This document shows positions 45,766 through 45,898 of a stretch of 45,898 nucleotides of DNA, piece by piece (positions within the stretch are counted from its first letter, which is position 1; each line of letters opens with the position of its first letter). Where the stretch lies: the UHGV virus genome UHGV-1375876, one strand, 5' to 3'. This DNA comes from a virus. The notes under the pieces were generated by a model. That model saw nothing but the letters and a program-made list of their open reading frames with translations. It was not told the DNA's origin and ran no database searches. A program made the position numbers and the translations under genes.

Positions 45766-45898
45766 GCCGCCGCCCTCCGTGCCATGATTTTGAGGTAGTT
45801 AGCCTTTGCCAGAAACGATCGTGCGGCGTTCTCGCACGCCGTGACCAGCGTCTCGGCGGTGTAGTATTCCGCGCAGGACGAGCAGATCCAGAAGTCGC
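45762..45898 (-). CDS. Zn-ribbon protein, C-terminal part (...DFWICSSCAEYYTAETLVTACENAARSFLAKANYLKIMARRAAA); the 5' part is at 1..70
   Basis: The frame is open from the window edge to a TGA that overlaps the downstream ATG. It joins 1..70 exactly in phase, giving a 68-aa CPHC-x18-CSSC protein. Confidence 0.5.
   Translation of the reverse strand, partial: DFWICSSCAEYYTAETLVTACENAARSFLAKANYLKIMARRAAA

Overview
The window appears to be a complete, circularly closed or circularly permuted GC-rich temperate phage genome of about 45.9 kb. The two window ends join in frame and reconstitute a single Zn-ribbon ORF, the only evidence for circularity. The layout is lambda-like with P2/Mu-like contractile-tail morphogenesis. 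A leftward early operon of small genes (67..1871, minus strand) sits under an XRE/cI-like repressor (2040..2402) with AGGTAAAnTTTACCT operators. A 1.3-kb non-coding immunity region follows (2470..3930). Then comes a rightward replication module: an O-like initiator with embedded iteron/AT-rich ori, a T7 gp4-like primase-helicase, RusA, a MazG-like protein and a Mor/C-family activator. It is followed by a lysis cassette (SAR endolysin plus membrane proteins). Next are a ParB-like nuclease chimera, the small terminase, and a large terminase split by two inteins (LAGLIDADG, and HNH nested in an alternate frame). Head genes follow: portal, minor head protein, protease-scaffold and major capsid. 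A reverse-oriented accessory island contains an RHH protein, an Arr/PARP-like mini-ADP-ribosyltransferase, membrane proteins and Bro-N/Rha antirepressors. A myovirus tail module follows: sheath, tube, -1 frameshift chaperone, tape measure, baseplate V/W/J/I, fibers and Tfa. The right arm is a leftward early recombination operon (Lar, HU/IHF, RecT, PD-(D/E)xK exonuclease) that runs across the window junction into the left-arm operon. A perfectly conserved 18-mer (CGAACCTTGTTCACGGTG) precedes four late transcription units. No integrase, excisionase-integrase pair, transposase, tRNA or CRISPR array was recognised.
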